A stretch of 64,000 nucleotides of DNA, taken from UHGV virus genome UHGV-1421865; one strand, given 5' to 3'. Made by a program: the position numbers and the translations under genes. Positions within the stretch are counted from its first letter, which is position 1. The number at the start of each line of letters is the position of its first letter. Positions 27,237 to 36,402 of this stretch are shown in pieces. Under the pieces are notes generated by a model that was not told where the DNA came from, did not search any database, and worked only from the letters and a program-made list of their open reading frames with translations. The stretch comes from a virus.

Positions 27237-27929
27237 TCATTTGAATTGAGGTTGTAGCTGCGGATTAGATTTCATCTTGGGGCAGTTCTTGAACATATCT
27301 CCATGTGTCCATACTTTTCGTACATCCCAACTGGATAAATCAGACTCAAATTTTTTACAATACATAAACATACCGTACATATCTTTGACCTTTGAAACAT
27401 CCCAAGTAGACAGATCAGACTCGAACTTAAAACAATGGTCAAATGTTTGAGCCATGTTTGTTACTTTCGATACGTTCCACTTAGACAAATCAGATGTAAA
27501 TTTTTTACAATCTAAAAACATGCCGCCCATATTGGTAACGTTACTGACGTCCCACTCAGAAAGGTCACAGTTGAATTTTGAACAACCGTGGAACATACTG
27601 TCCATGCGTCGTACATTCGACACGTCCCAAGTAGAAAGATCAGAATTGAATTTGCCACAGCCCATGAACATCTCAGACATTTCTTGTACATTAGATGTAT
27701 CCCAGTCGTCGATTTTGATATTTCTAATCTCAAGCTGAGAAAACAAAAATGACATGTCTGTCATCAACGATGTATCAATGAAGTTCAAGTCGGCGTCCGG
27801 ACCTTGTCGTTGTAGCTCTTGTTTTATGATAGGTCGTATTTCTTCGTACGTCGTAGGTTTGGGACGGTATAAAGGTCTAGTCTTAGACGTGATCTTTATT
27901 CGTTCTGTGATGTATTGTTGTATACTCAT
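27237..27929 (-). CDS. DUF285-repeat paralog family member
   Basis: N-cap 'MSIQQYITERIKITSKT…QGPDADLNFIDTS'. ~6 repeats. C-tail 'CPKMKSNPQLQPQFK'. Confidence 0.75.
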   Translation of the reverse strand: MSIQQYITERIKITSKTRPLYRPKPTTYEEIRPIIKQELQRQGPDADLNFIDTSLMTDMSFLFSQLEIRNIKIDDWDTSNVQEMSEMFMGCGKFNSDLSTWDVSNVRRMDSMFHGCSKFNCDLSEWDVSNVTNMGGMFLDCKKFTSDLSKWNVSKVTNMAQTFDHCFKFESDLSTWDVSKVKDMYGMFMYCKKFESDLSSWDVRKVWTHGDMFKNCPKMKSNPQLQPQFK

Positions 27930-27946
27930 TTACTAGCTGGTACTTA

Positions 27947-28654
27947 TTAGTTTTTGAATTTTGGTTGTAGCTGTGGATTGGATTCCATCTTAGGACAATG
28001 CTTAAACATTTGTGAATGTGTTAGTACATTCGAAACATCCCAACCGGACAAGTCAGATTCAAAATTAGGACATTCACGGAACATATTGTTCATATTTTCA
28101 ACTTTTGAAACATCCCAACCAGACAAATCAGATTCAAACTTGGAACAACTGTGAAAAGTCTCATTCATCGCGGTTACCTTCGAAACATCCCAACCAGACA
28201 AATCAGAATTGAAATTATCACAATCAGCAAACATTGCTTGCATGTCTTCTAATTTAGAAACGTTCCAATGAGATAGGTCAGTGTTGAAGCTAGAACAGGC
28301 ATAAAACATGCTATTTGTATTCCATACTTTTGAAACATCCCAACGAGATAGATCGCAATTGAAATTATCACAACTAGCAAACATGTCACGCATAGTCATT
28401 ACATTATGTGTGTCCCACTCGTCAATTTGGATGTTTCTTATATCGAGGTCTTCAAATAATGCAGACATGTCATAAATCTTAGATGTATCGATATGGTTCA
28501 AATCGGCATCAGGACCTTGCTCTTCTAACTCTTGTTCTATGATAGACCGCAGCTCATTTTTACTTTTTGGAAACAGTGTACGTTCTGTTTGTTTAAGAGA
28601 TCGTGAATTTGATGTTATCTTTAATCGTTCTGTGATGAAATTTTGTAGACTCAT
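27947..28654 (-). CDS. DUF285-repeat paralog family member
   Basis: N-cap 'MSLQNFITERLKITSNS…'. C-tail 'CPKMESNPQLQPKFKN'. Confidence 0.75.
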   Translation of the reverse strand: MSLQNFITERLKITSNSRSLKQTERTLFPKSKNELRSIIEQELEEQGPDADLNHIDTSKIYDMSALFEDLDIRNIQIDEWDTHNVMTMRDMFASCDNFNCDLSRWDVSKVWNTNSMFYACSSFNTDLSHWNVSKLEDMQAMFADCDNFNSDLSGWDVSKVTAMNETFHSCSKFESDLSGWDVSKVENMNNMFRECPNFESDLSGWDVSNVLTHSQMFKHCPKMESNPQLQPKFKN

Positions 28655-28663
28655 ATTTGTATA

Positions 28664-29482
28664 TTATATAGTATTTGAATTGAAGAAATAGTCCGGCGAA
28701 TGTTGGCTCTTAATCCATTCTTCTATCTTATCTATCTCCGACTCTGCGCGCTGTGCGAAAGCGTCGTGATTAAGCGTAATACTACCAGGTAGTTTGTAAT
28801 CGAACGTGCCCAGTATTGTCGACATGGATCTGAGACCTAAGGCGACACAGTATCTAAAGAAGTAGTGACTTTTATACAAGTCTTGTAGTCTACATCTTAT
28901 GTAACAATGTATAATAAGATTAGAACCGTTTAATTCACCGAGCAACGATAACACATTACTATAGTTATTGTAATCAAAAGTAATAGGGTATTCCAGTACA
29001 CTTTGGTACGTACTAATCTCGTAAAGTGTTGCGATAGAGTCCATTAGGTTATATCCCATCTGTTGATTACCGTTTACCCCGCTACTGTAACCTGACATAC
29101 CGTAACCACCAAACGACGCGTTATTGTTTAGTACCATTCGTTCTAATGAGAAATCTCCTCGCATGTGGTAGTTGCTCTGGTCTGTTTTATATACACCGAA
29201 TACAGATACGATTCGTTCCGGTAGAGTAACTAGCTTGTTAAGTCCACATTTTGTTACCTCGCTGTACGGTAAGAAATAGTAGCGTTCTTCGACGGCATTA
29301 TCGTAGTTTTCATAGAAATAGTCGGCGGCTTGTAGTATTAAACTCGGAATCGCGGCAGCCGGGACCGGTAACGGTAATGCACAAGACTGTGTTAGTTCTT
29401 GCACGATACGTTGAATAAACTTATAGTCTATCTGATCCTCTATGTTCTGTTGTGTTTTATCGCATTCGTTAATAGTGTTCAT
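28664..29482 (-). CDS. hypothetical protein embedded in the paralog array
   Basis: 272-aa ORF, unrelated to the DUF285 family. Confidence 0.45.
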   Translation of the reverse strand: MNTINECDKTQQNIEDQIDYKFIQRIVQELTQSCALPLPVPAAAIPSLILQAADYFYENYDNAVEERYYFLPYSEVTKCGLNKLVTLPERIVSVFGVYKTDQSNYHMRGDFSLERMVLNNNASFGGYGMSGYSSGVNGNQQMGYNLMDSIATLYEISTYQSVLEYPITFDYNNYSNVLSLLGELNGSNLIIHCYIRCRLQDLYKSHYFFRYCVALGLRSMSTILGTFDYKLPGSITLNHDAFAQRAESEIDKIEEWIKSQHSPDYFFNSNTI

Positions 29483-29491
29483 TTCGTTGTG

Positions 29492-30295
29492 TTATATCTT
29501 ATTACGTCTAGCTTTCGGTCTCAACTTAGCGTTATCGTACATTTTAGGACATCCTTTGAATATACTGTTTTTATTTACTTTACCGACATGTAAGTCAGAT
29601 AAGTCCCAACCGGACAGGTCCGACTCGAATACCTTACAACCTTCGAACATACCAGTGATATTAAATGTACCACGCATATCCCATCTAGAAAGGTCTGAAG
29701 TAAATTTATAACAGTTCTTAAATGTTTGTCTAAAATTAGTTGTCTTTGATACATTCCAGTCGGACAGGTCGCTTTCAAAGTTTATGCAGTTATAGAACAT
29801 ATTTTCCATACTTGTAACATTCGATACGTCCCATTTAGATAGATCAGAATTGAATTTGACACAACTAAAAAATGTACCAAATAATCCGGTAACCTTAGAC
29901 ACATCCCATCTTGAAAGATCACTATTGAACTTAATACAATTATAGAACATAAGTTTTATATCTGTTACATTACCAGTGTCCCAACGAGATAGGTCTGCGT
30001 TGAAATTTCTACATTCTTCGAACATACCGAACATATCTGTTACATTACCAGTGTCCCACTCGTCTATTTTGATGTTACCTACATTTTTATAAGCAAACAA
30101 ATTGTTCATATCCGTGACCTTAGATACGTCGATATGGTTTAAGTCAGCATCGGGACCTTGTGCTTCTAATTCGTCTTCTATCATCTCAATAAGTTCTGAC
30201 CTGTCTTGGGGAAACAACGTGCATTCTGTTTGTTTAAGTGATCTTGTCTTAGAAGTTATTTTAAGTCGTTCTGTGATGAATTTTGATAGTGACAT
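29492..30295 (-). CDS. DUF285-repeat paralog family member
   Basis: 'MSLSKFITERLKITSKTRSL…'. 7-8 repeats. C-tail variant 'CPKMYDNAKLRPKARRNKI'. Confidence 0.75.
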   Translation of the reverse strand: MSLSKFITERLKITSKTRSLKQTECTLFPQDRSELIEMIEDELEAQGPDADLNHIDVSKVTDMNNLFAYKNVGNIKIDEWDTGNVTDMFGMFEECRNFNADLSRWDTGNVTDIKLMFYNCIKFNSDLSRWDVSKVTGLFGTFFSCVKFNSDLSKWDVSNVTSMENMFYNCINFESDLSDWNVSKTTNFRQTFKNCYKFTSDLSRWDMRGTFNITGMFEGCKVFESDLSGWDLSDLHVGKVNKNSIFKGCPKMYDNAKLRPKARRNKI

Positions 30296-30333
30296 TTTTG
30301 TTAGTTATATTTTTTGAAACAAATAACTCAACG

Positions 30334-31185
30334 CTATGTGTTGTCAAATTTAGGATGAAGCTCCCGTTCAAATTCCATATTAGGACACTCGGCAAACATA
30401 TTATCATGTTTAATAACATTAGAAACGTCCCACATCGACAAGTCAGACCTAAAATTAGAACATCCTCTGAACATCCAACGCATCTCCGTTACATTCGATA
30501 CGTTCCATCCTGATAAATTGGCGTCGAACACCCTACAAGATACAAACATACCATACATATCCTTTACTTTTGAAACATTCCACTTAGATAGTTCGCTATT
30601 GAAATTTCTACATTCATAGAACATGTGTGACATGTTCGTCACATTTGAAGTGTCCCATATTGAAAGATCTGAATTGAATTTTTTACAGTTATAGAACATA
30701 CTCTTCATTTTAGTCACATTAGAAACGTCCCAACCGGACAAATTAGATTTGAATGAATCACAATTATCAAACATCCAACGCATATCTATTACATTCCGTG
30801 TGTCCCAATGTGATAAATCGCAATTGAACGCTCTACAACCTTCGAACATAGCATACATATTCGTCACATTCCTAACATCCCAACCTGACAAGTCACAATT
30901 GAACTTTCTACATTCTCGAAACATACCCTGCATATTCGTCACATTAGAGACATCCCACTGGTCGATTTTGATATTTCCTACATTAACCTTGACCTGTGGG
31001 AATAAATCTCTCATATTTGTAATACCAGAGACATCTATATGGTTCAAATCAGCATCCGTACCTTGTTGGAATAGTTCTTGTTTTATGATAGTTAGAAGCT
31101 CAGATTTTGTTTTAGGCTTCGGTCTATATAATTGGGTATCAGACGTAATCTTTAGACGTTCTACAATATATCTTTGAAGTGACAT
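30334..31185 (-). CDS. DUF285-repeat paralog family member (longest in the cluster, ~9 repeats)
   Basis: 'MSLQRYIVERLKITSDTQ…'. C-tail 'CPNMEFERELHPKFDNT'. Confidence 0.75.
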   Translation of the reverse strand: MSLQRYIVERLKITSDTQLYRPKPKTKSELLTIIKQELFQQGTDADLNHIDVSGITNMRDLFPQVKVNVGNIKIDQWDVSNVTNMQGMFRECRKFNCDLSGWDVRNVTNMYAMFEGCRAFNCDLSHWDTRNVIDMRWMFDNCDSFKSNLSGWDVSNVTKMKSMFYNCKKFNSDLSIWDTSNVTNMSHMFYECRNFNSELSKWNVSKVKDMYGMFVSCRVFDANLSGWNVSNVTEMRWMFRGCSNFRSDLSMWDVSNVIKHDNMFAECPNMEFERELHPKFDNT

Positions 31186-31191
31186 ATAAAA

Positions 31192-31965
31192 TCATTTGAA
31201 TTTAGGTTGAAGTTGGCGATCAGCACGCATCTTAGGGCAGTTATTAAACATTTGCGAATGTGTTTTTACTTTCGAGACATCCCACCCCGATAAATCAGAC
31301 TCGAAAATTTTACAATCACTAAACATCTCGCTCATATTTGCCACATTTGAAACATCCCAACTAGATAAATCTGATTCGAATTTTATACAACCTTCGAACA
31401 TAGCATACATATTCGTCACATTACTGACATTCCAACTAGATAAGTCTGATGTAAAACTCCTGCAGTAAAGAAACATCTTACTCATATTTTCTACATTGGA
31501 CACTTGTGAAGCCCATTTAGACAGATCAGATTCGAATTTATTACAGCTACTAAACATTCCCCTCATATTTGTAACATTAGAGACATTCCATTTAGAAAGA
31601 TCTGAGTTGAATTTATTACAATTCGAGAACATGCCTTCCATATTTTCAACCCTTGATACGTCCCAACTAGATAAATCGGCAGTGACATAAAAACAGTGCA
31701 TAAACATTCCCTTCATATTTGTAACATTAGAAGTATCCCAATCGTCTATCTTTATGTTCTTTATACCGTCTATACCCTTAAATAGTTCAGACATATCTGT
31801 AATCTCTGATGTATCGATAAAGTTCAAATCAGCATCTGGACCTTGTCGTTCTATTTCGGCCTTTATTATATCTATAAGATCTTCTTTTGTAGTAGGTCTC
31901 AGTACCGCTGATTTAGTATCGGACGTAATCTTTAGACGTTCGTTGACAAAATTTGAAAGTGACAT
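31192..31965 (-). CDS. DUF285-repeat paralog family member
   Basis: 'MSLSNFVNERLKITSDTKSAVLRPTTKEDLIDII…'. C-tail 'CPKMRADRQLQPKFK'. Confidence 0.75.
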   Translation of the reverse strand: MSLSNFVNERLKITSDTKSAVLRPTTKEDLIDIIKAEIERQGPDADLNFIDTSEITDMSELFKGIDGIKNIKIDDWDTSNVTNMKGMFMHCFYVTADLSSWDVSRVENMEGMFSNCNKFNSDLSKWNVSNVTNMRGMFSSCNKFESDLSKWASQVSNVENMSKMFLYCRSFTSDLSSWNVSNVTNMYAMFEGCIKFESDLSSWDVSNVANMSEMFSDCKIFESDLSGWDVSKVKTHSQMFNNCPKMRADRQLQPKFK

Positions 31966-31969
31966 TGTA

Positions 31970-32734
31970 TTATCTAAATTTGTTATAAGCCTGTTCTAAA
32001 CGAGTATCGTACTTATTTTGTTTATAAGACGGTCCGTTGTATCGTTTGGCAAAACCGACCCAATCTTTCTTTTTAAGGCAGTTTATCATTCCTGAATTCT
32101 TAATGAATTCGCCGAACAGATCTAATTGTTTGGTCTCGGAATGACACATTTTGTTATATAGGTCTTCCGGTGACGTACAACCACACAGTTTATAGTTGTT
32201 TCCCATTATTTGAAACAGTCCGTACGATGCGGATGCAAAAGCGGCTTCTCTGTTTATCTCCAACGCACGCACCAGTCGATTGTATTCTATAACACCGCTT
32301 TTATAGTGTTTCGTCGTCCATGTTTTATATAAGATGTCTTGGTTGTCTTTATTAAGACACTTTTCCGGCACTATTTTACGACTTATAAGTTCACGCCAAA
32401 AGACATGTCCTTCGAATAGACTCTTTATTTGTCCGGACGGTAAGAAACCCGAACCTGCCGATTCCACTGTCTTTACCGCTTTAATAACGGCCGGTTCGAC
32501 ACCGATACTTTTAGCAACTCTACTGTATGCAGTGTCTGAAATACCTGTTTTTAGTTTTAGTATAGTCGCAGGCCCTGCAATACCGTCTACAGTAAGTCCA
32601 GAAGCTCGTTGAAACGCCTTGACATATTCTGTTGTCACAATACTGAAATTTCCGTCTATTGTAATAGGATAACCTTTGTCTACTAATAATTCTTGGAGAT
32701 ACTTTACATTGTCTCCTTTATCGCCTACTTTCAT
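31970..32734 (-). CDS. cell-wall hydrolase: N-terminal peptidoglycan-binding domain + C-terminal N-acetylmuramidase (DUF3380-like)
   Basis: PG_binding_1-like 'VKYLQELLVDKGY…DGNFSIVTTEYVKAFQRASGLTVDGIAGPAT'. C-terminal 'ASYGLFQIMGNNYKLCG'. Confidence 0.65.
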   Translation of the reverse strand: MKVGDKGDNVKYLQELLVDKGYPITIDGNFSIVTTEYVKAFQRASGLTVDGIAGPATILKLKTGISDTAYSRVAKSIGVEPAVIKAVKTVESAGSGFLPSGQIKSLFEGHVFWRELISRKIVPEKCLNKDNQDILYKTWTTKHYKSGVIEYNRLVRALEINREAAFASASYGLFQIMGNNYKLCGCTSPEDLYNKMCHSETKQLDLFGEFIKNSGMINCLKKKDWVGFAKRYNGPSYKQNKYDTRLEQAYNKFR

Positions 32735-32758
32735 TGTATTTGCTTTATATAATATCGA

Positions 32759-33460
32759 CTAAAATAGTCTATATACGACCCCGACACCGATAGTTGGCAT
32801 CACCCGACCGTCGTGTCCTATACCGACACCTAAGAACGGTCCTACACCGAATCGTTTTTGCTTAGGTCGAGCCATTTGGAAGCCGTCGATGTTATTTACT
32901 TTTATATAAGGATTGTTTGACGATACATAGATGCGATTGTTCTTGTCCATCACAACATTGTAATCGAAATAGACTTCATTTTTTGTTATTTGTACGTTCA
33001 AAGAATCGTTATAATAACTTGTAGTACCTTCCAGTGTTCTGTATTTGTCGTTAAAACTAAATTGACGACTAAAACCACTCCGTTCCGATTCTTGTATCTT
33101 ATATACGGTATCTATAACGGGAAGATAAACCGTATTTTCTGTTCTGACAGCCGACGTAACACTACTTTGTTTTACTTTCATGTTCTTTATCTCGGTTTTA
33201 AGCTGTTCTAAATAACCTTTTAATTTATTTATGTCTTTTTCTGTAAATCCCTGTTTTGTAGCGACCGATGTACCCGAACGACTCTTGTAGTAGCGAACAG
33301 TGTCCTGTACCGCCGCAAGATTGTTCTTGTATATGCCTTCGTTATTAGAACATGTATTAACCGACATATTAAATGCCGTCAATAGCGTTAGTATAATACT
33401 AATATATATCAAATGATACATTTTAGAAAATCCGGAACGGGTGGTTTTAGTGTCTGTCAT
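32759..33460 (-). CDS. membrane-anchored protein (N-terminal TM, Gly-rich C-terminus)
   Basis: 'MYHLIYISIILTLLTAF' and C-terminal '…FGVGPFLGVGIGHDGRVMPTIGVGVVYRLF'. Lies between two PG hydrolase genes and is a possible lysis accessory. Confidence 0.4.
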   Translation of the reverse strand: MTDTKTTRSGFSKMYHLIYISIILTLLTAFNMSVNTCSNNEGIYKNNLAAVQDTVRYYKSRSGTSVATKQGFTEKDINKLKGYLEQLKTEIKNMKVKQSSVTSAVRTENTVYLPVIDTVYKIQESERSGFSRQFSFNDKYRTLEGTTSYYNDSLNVQITKNEVYFDYNVVMDKNNRIYVSSNNPYIKVNNIDGFQMARPKQKRFGVGPFLGVGIGHDGRVMPTIGVGVVYRLF

Positions 33461-33474
33461 GGTGTGTTTTTAGT

Positions 33475-33954
33475 TTAGATAGTGTCTATCGTCTTCTTTA
33501 GTCTATTGTAGACCTTGCTCAATTCGTGTTCGTACGCTTTATGTCCGGCGTATCTACGACCAGACTTACCGGTATAAGAACGTAATAGATGCTGTGATGT
33601 TTTAGAACCCGTTAAATAGTAGGTTTTTACAACACGAATATAGTCGCATATAGACGCTTCTATACTAGAATATGTCTTATATATACCGAATAAGGAATTT
33701 CTCGAACGACCGATACCTGTTTGACCGTGTTTTGTTTCAAGTTCGGCCTGTGCCAACGCAAGGTAGATGTCGAAGTCGTTTTTAGAACATTCTCTTATAA
33801 GGATATTCCTATATTCTACATTAGTAATTCTCGCATCGTCTTTTCGTATCTTGTTGAGATACTCGAGTAGCGTGGTCGATTTAGATTGTAGTTGAATACA
33901 AAATAAGCATACTACCAAGACGACGATTGTTTTAATTGTGTTTTTTATGTGCAT
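33475..33954 (-). CDS. FlgJ-type glucosaminidase-domain protein with signal/TM anchor
   Basis: 'YLALAQAELETKHGQTGIGRSRNSLFGIYKT' resembles the mannosyl-glycoprotein endo-beta-N-acetylglucosaminidase motif (AQAxLESGWG…NNLFGIK). N-terminus 'TIVVLVVCLFCIQL'. Confidence 0.55.
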   Translation of the reverse strand: MHIKNTIKTIVVLVVCLFCIQLQSKSTTLLEYLNKIRKDDARITNVEYRNILIRECSKNDFDIYLALAQAELETKHGQTGIGRSRNSLFGIYKTYSSIEASICDYIRVVKTYYLTGSKTSQHLLRSYTGKSGRRYAGHKAYEHELSKVYNRLKKTIDTI

Positions 33955-34104
33955 TACAAAAATGGCATACTTCTGTTAAGCACACAGGTACTACAATGTC
34001 GGTATTACATTTAATAATCTGACAGTATATAGTAGACTTGTAAATGTACTTATACTTTATTTGTCAAACTACTAAACTATTTTTTGTAAGTACAATATAA
34101 ACTA

Positions 34105-34138
34105 AAGCCTCAACAGACTTATAAATCTGTTGAGGCTT
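34105..34138 (-). terminator. terminator hairpin
   Basis: aagcctcaacagactt-ataa-atctgttgaggctt. Shares its stem core with 27167..27205. Confidence 0.5.
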
Positions 34139-34153
34139 AGTAATTATTCTGCA

Positions 34154-35023
34154 TTAGTAGTCTTCCTCTTCATCCTCGTCATAAGTTACTTTTGAAAAAT
34201 CAGGCATGTTTTTCTTTTTCATACTCTTACATTTATCAAGCATACCATCAATACTACGTACATCCATTAGATCCCACTTCGATAAGTCAGTATCAAGTTT
34301 TTCACAACCGTAAAACATACTGGTCAATTCTATTGCACTTGCAATATCCCATTTCGATAGATCACAATTGAGGTTCTTACACATATAGAACATATAACCC
34401 ATATAAGCTACCCTTCTAACATTCCATTTGGAAAGATCAGAATTAAAGTTTACGCACCGACTAAACATACCGTGCATATTTTCTACTTTCGACACGTCCC
34501 ATTTAGATAGGTCTGAGTTAAATTTTTGGCAGGAGGCAAATAGACTGTGCATATTTTCTACTTTCGAAACATTCCAAGCTGACAAGTCAGATTCGAATTC
34601 GTGACAAGCAAAGAACATTTCGGTCATTGAAATAACATTCGACACGTCCCATTTCGAAAGGTCTGATTTAAATTTATAACAATTGCAAAACATCTCTTGC
34701 ATATAAGTTACCTTAGAAACGTCCCAACTAGATAAGTCAGCATTGAAATTCTTACAATCTTCAAACATGTATGACATATTAGTGACGTTAGAAGTGTCCC
34801 ACTGGTCGATTTTGATATTTCTTATATTCAATTTATTAAACAACCAAGCCATATCCGTGATCTTAGACGTGTCGATAAAGTTCAAATCGGCGTCAGGACC
34901 TTGTTCTTTTAGTTGCTCTACTATTAGCTTACGAAGTTCTTTTATATTCTTAGGCCTATTCTTATTGCCGAAAAGTGAACCAAAAGATAATTTCTCCACT
35001 ATATAATTTGATAGTACTTCCAT
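34154..35023 (-). CDS. DUF285-repeat paralog family member (long, acidic C-terminus)
   Basis: N-cap 'LRKLIVEQLKEQGPDADLNFIDTSKITDMAWLF'. ~8 repeats. C-terminal 'KCKSMKKKNMPDFSKVTYDEDEEEDY'. Confidence 0.7.
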   Translation of the reverse strand: MEVLSNYIVEKLSFGSLFGNKNRPKNIKELRKLIVEQLKEQGPDADLNFIDTSKITDMAWLFNKLNIRNIKIDQWDTSNVTNMSYMFEDCKNFNADLSSWDVSKVTYMQEMFCNCYKFKSDLSKWDVSNVISMTEMFFACHEFESDLSAWNVSKVENMHSLFASCQKFNSDLSKWDVSKVENMHGMFSRCVNFNSDLSKWNVRRVAYMGYMFYMCKNLNCDLSKWDIASAIELTSMFYGCEKLDTDLSKWDLMDVRSIDGMLDKCKSMKKKNMPDFSKVTYDEDEEEDY

Positions 35024-35046
35024 CTTTTATGTTTTGTGATTATATT

Positions 35047-35162
35047 TTTTATATACGCTTGTTCTAAACGAGTATCGTACTTATTTTTTGTTTATAAGAC
35101 GGTCCGTTGTATCGTTTAGCAAAACCGACCGAATCTTTCTTTTTAAGACAGTTTATCATTCC
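35047..35162. repeat. ~115-bp duplicate of the 3' end of the muramidase gene (31988..32102), 90% identical
   Basis: Direct comparison of the two segments. In both places it lies immediately 'upstream' of a DUF285 gene start. Confidence 0.8.
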
Positions 35163-35235
35163 ACACATCGTTACTACATTTAATAATCTGTAACGAATTC
35201 TATCTACAGTTCCATTTTATACCACCATCGAAACC

Positions 35236-35418
35236 CTTAGAGAATCTCTCCTGTATCGCATTATGATACATACAACGTGCCCCACACGGTGTTATTTTTC
35301 TTAACCTTACACATACTAAGGCTGAATCGTCCGGCCGCGATACAGGACGAATATGGTATCTTTATGGACGTGTTATGATTCTACTGTAGGCTGTATAAAA
35401 CAGAAACGTTGAAAATAG
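35236..35418 (-). repeat. nested-palindromic repeat, copy E (reverse orientation, with single cgtg-tggg-cacg hairpin inserted inside the outer stem)
   Basis: cctgtatcgcat…acaacgtgccccacacggtgtt…ccttacacatactaaggct…gcgatacagg…then the reverse-complemented 5' module. Confidence 0.65.
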
Positions 35419-35576
35419 TATAAAAAATAAGTTGTACCGAATGTCACCACTCAGTACAACTCTTTATTTGTGTACCACTGTACACTTCCCATTCTCATCT
35501 TCTCTCTTATTTAATATAGTCTATTATAACAACAAAATCACATTTTTGCTACACTATAAATGTACGATATTCAAAC

Positions 35577-35729
35577 GTACAAAAATCTGTCCTCTAACGC
35601 ACGATTTTTATTTGACCTTAGAGTACCAAGGTCAGTGCATTTGAGTGCGTCAGAGAGCCTTAAAAGTGCCAAAGAATCGATTCTACGTTTGTACATACCA
35701 GTACACAAAACAGAAACCATCGAAATCAG
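35577..35729 (-). repeat. nested-palindromic repeat, copy F (reverse orientation, full)
   Basis: Reverse complement matches 'ctgatttcgatggtttctgttttgtgtactggta…ggcacttttaaggctctctgacgcactcaaatgcactgaccttggtactctaaggtcaaataaaaatcgtgcgttagagg'. Track ORFs 35560..35814 and 35571..35777 are probably spurious. Confidence 0.7.
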
Positions 35730-35736
35730 TACAAAA

Positions 35737-36402
35737 TCACGGTTTATAACAAACAAATGTTCTCGATTCCATCTCATTTGCCCACGCGGGTATAACCCGT
35801 CCGTGTTGTTCTAACGCATCGCCTTCGTACAGGAATTCACCTACTCTGTATTCTTTTATATCGACAAAACCCATTGTACGCAGCATCTGTATTATCGTAG
35901 GGCAGTCGTATATCGAAAGATGACCCCACATGTGCATGAAATTATTGATGACGACAGATTTCGGTAATGTCTCAGTAGTATTAAAGAATGTATTATAAAT
36001 CCCTCCGTAAAATTTCGAATGAAACTCAATATATCGCCGGTTGTTTTCAGTGTCGGAATTGTTGTATAAATCGATAAGAAATTCCATTGTAGGACAGGTA
36101 AGAACAAAAGTGCCGCCTTGTTTTAAGGTTCTATGGACTTCACAGAGCATATTGATCTGTCTGGGCAAGTCGAGGTGTTCGAACATGTGTTCCGAAAAGA
36201 CAATATCGAAATAATTGTCTATATAAGGGAACTTTTTAGTCGCGTCTAAGAATTCTACACCGTCAAGAGACGGTTCTAAGTCGGTGTTTATCCAACCGTC
36301 AAGCGGTGTCTTACCGCAGCCTATATTTAGCCTATTTTGCATCGAATCTGGGTATTGTTCGTTGGTTGTTGTATTTGGTAGACTGCCCTCGTTTAATAAC
36401 AT
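35737..36402 (-). CDS. class I SAM-dependent methyltransferase
   Basis: 'LNIGCGKTPLDGWINTDLEP' (motif I) and 'FDIVFSEHMFEHL'. The likely true start is the internal Met near 36342. Confidence 0.7.
   Translation of the reverse strand: MLLNEGSLPNTTTNEQYPDSMQNRLNIGCGKTPLDGWINTDLEPSLDGVEFLDATKKFPYIDNYFDIVFSEHMFEHLDLPRQINMLCEVHRTLKQGGTFVLTCPTMEFLIDLYNNSDTENNRRYIEFHSKFYGGIYNTFFNTTETLPKSVVINNFMHMWGHLSIYDCPTIIQMLRTMGFVDIKEYRVGEFLYEGDALEQHGRVIPAWANEMESRTFVCYKP

Noticed and set aside
27237-31965. Tandem, similarly sized repeated units separated by short spacers (a CRISPR-like appearance)
   Set aside because: Units are 0.6-0.9 kb protein-coding paralogs with start and stop codons, not 25-40-bp direct repeats. 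There are no cas genes.
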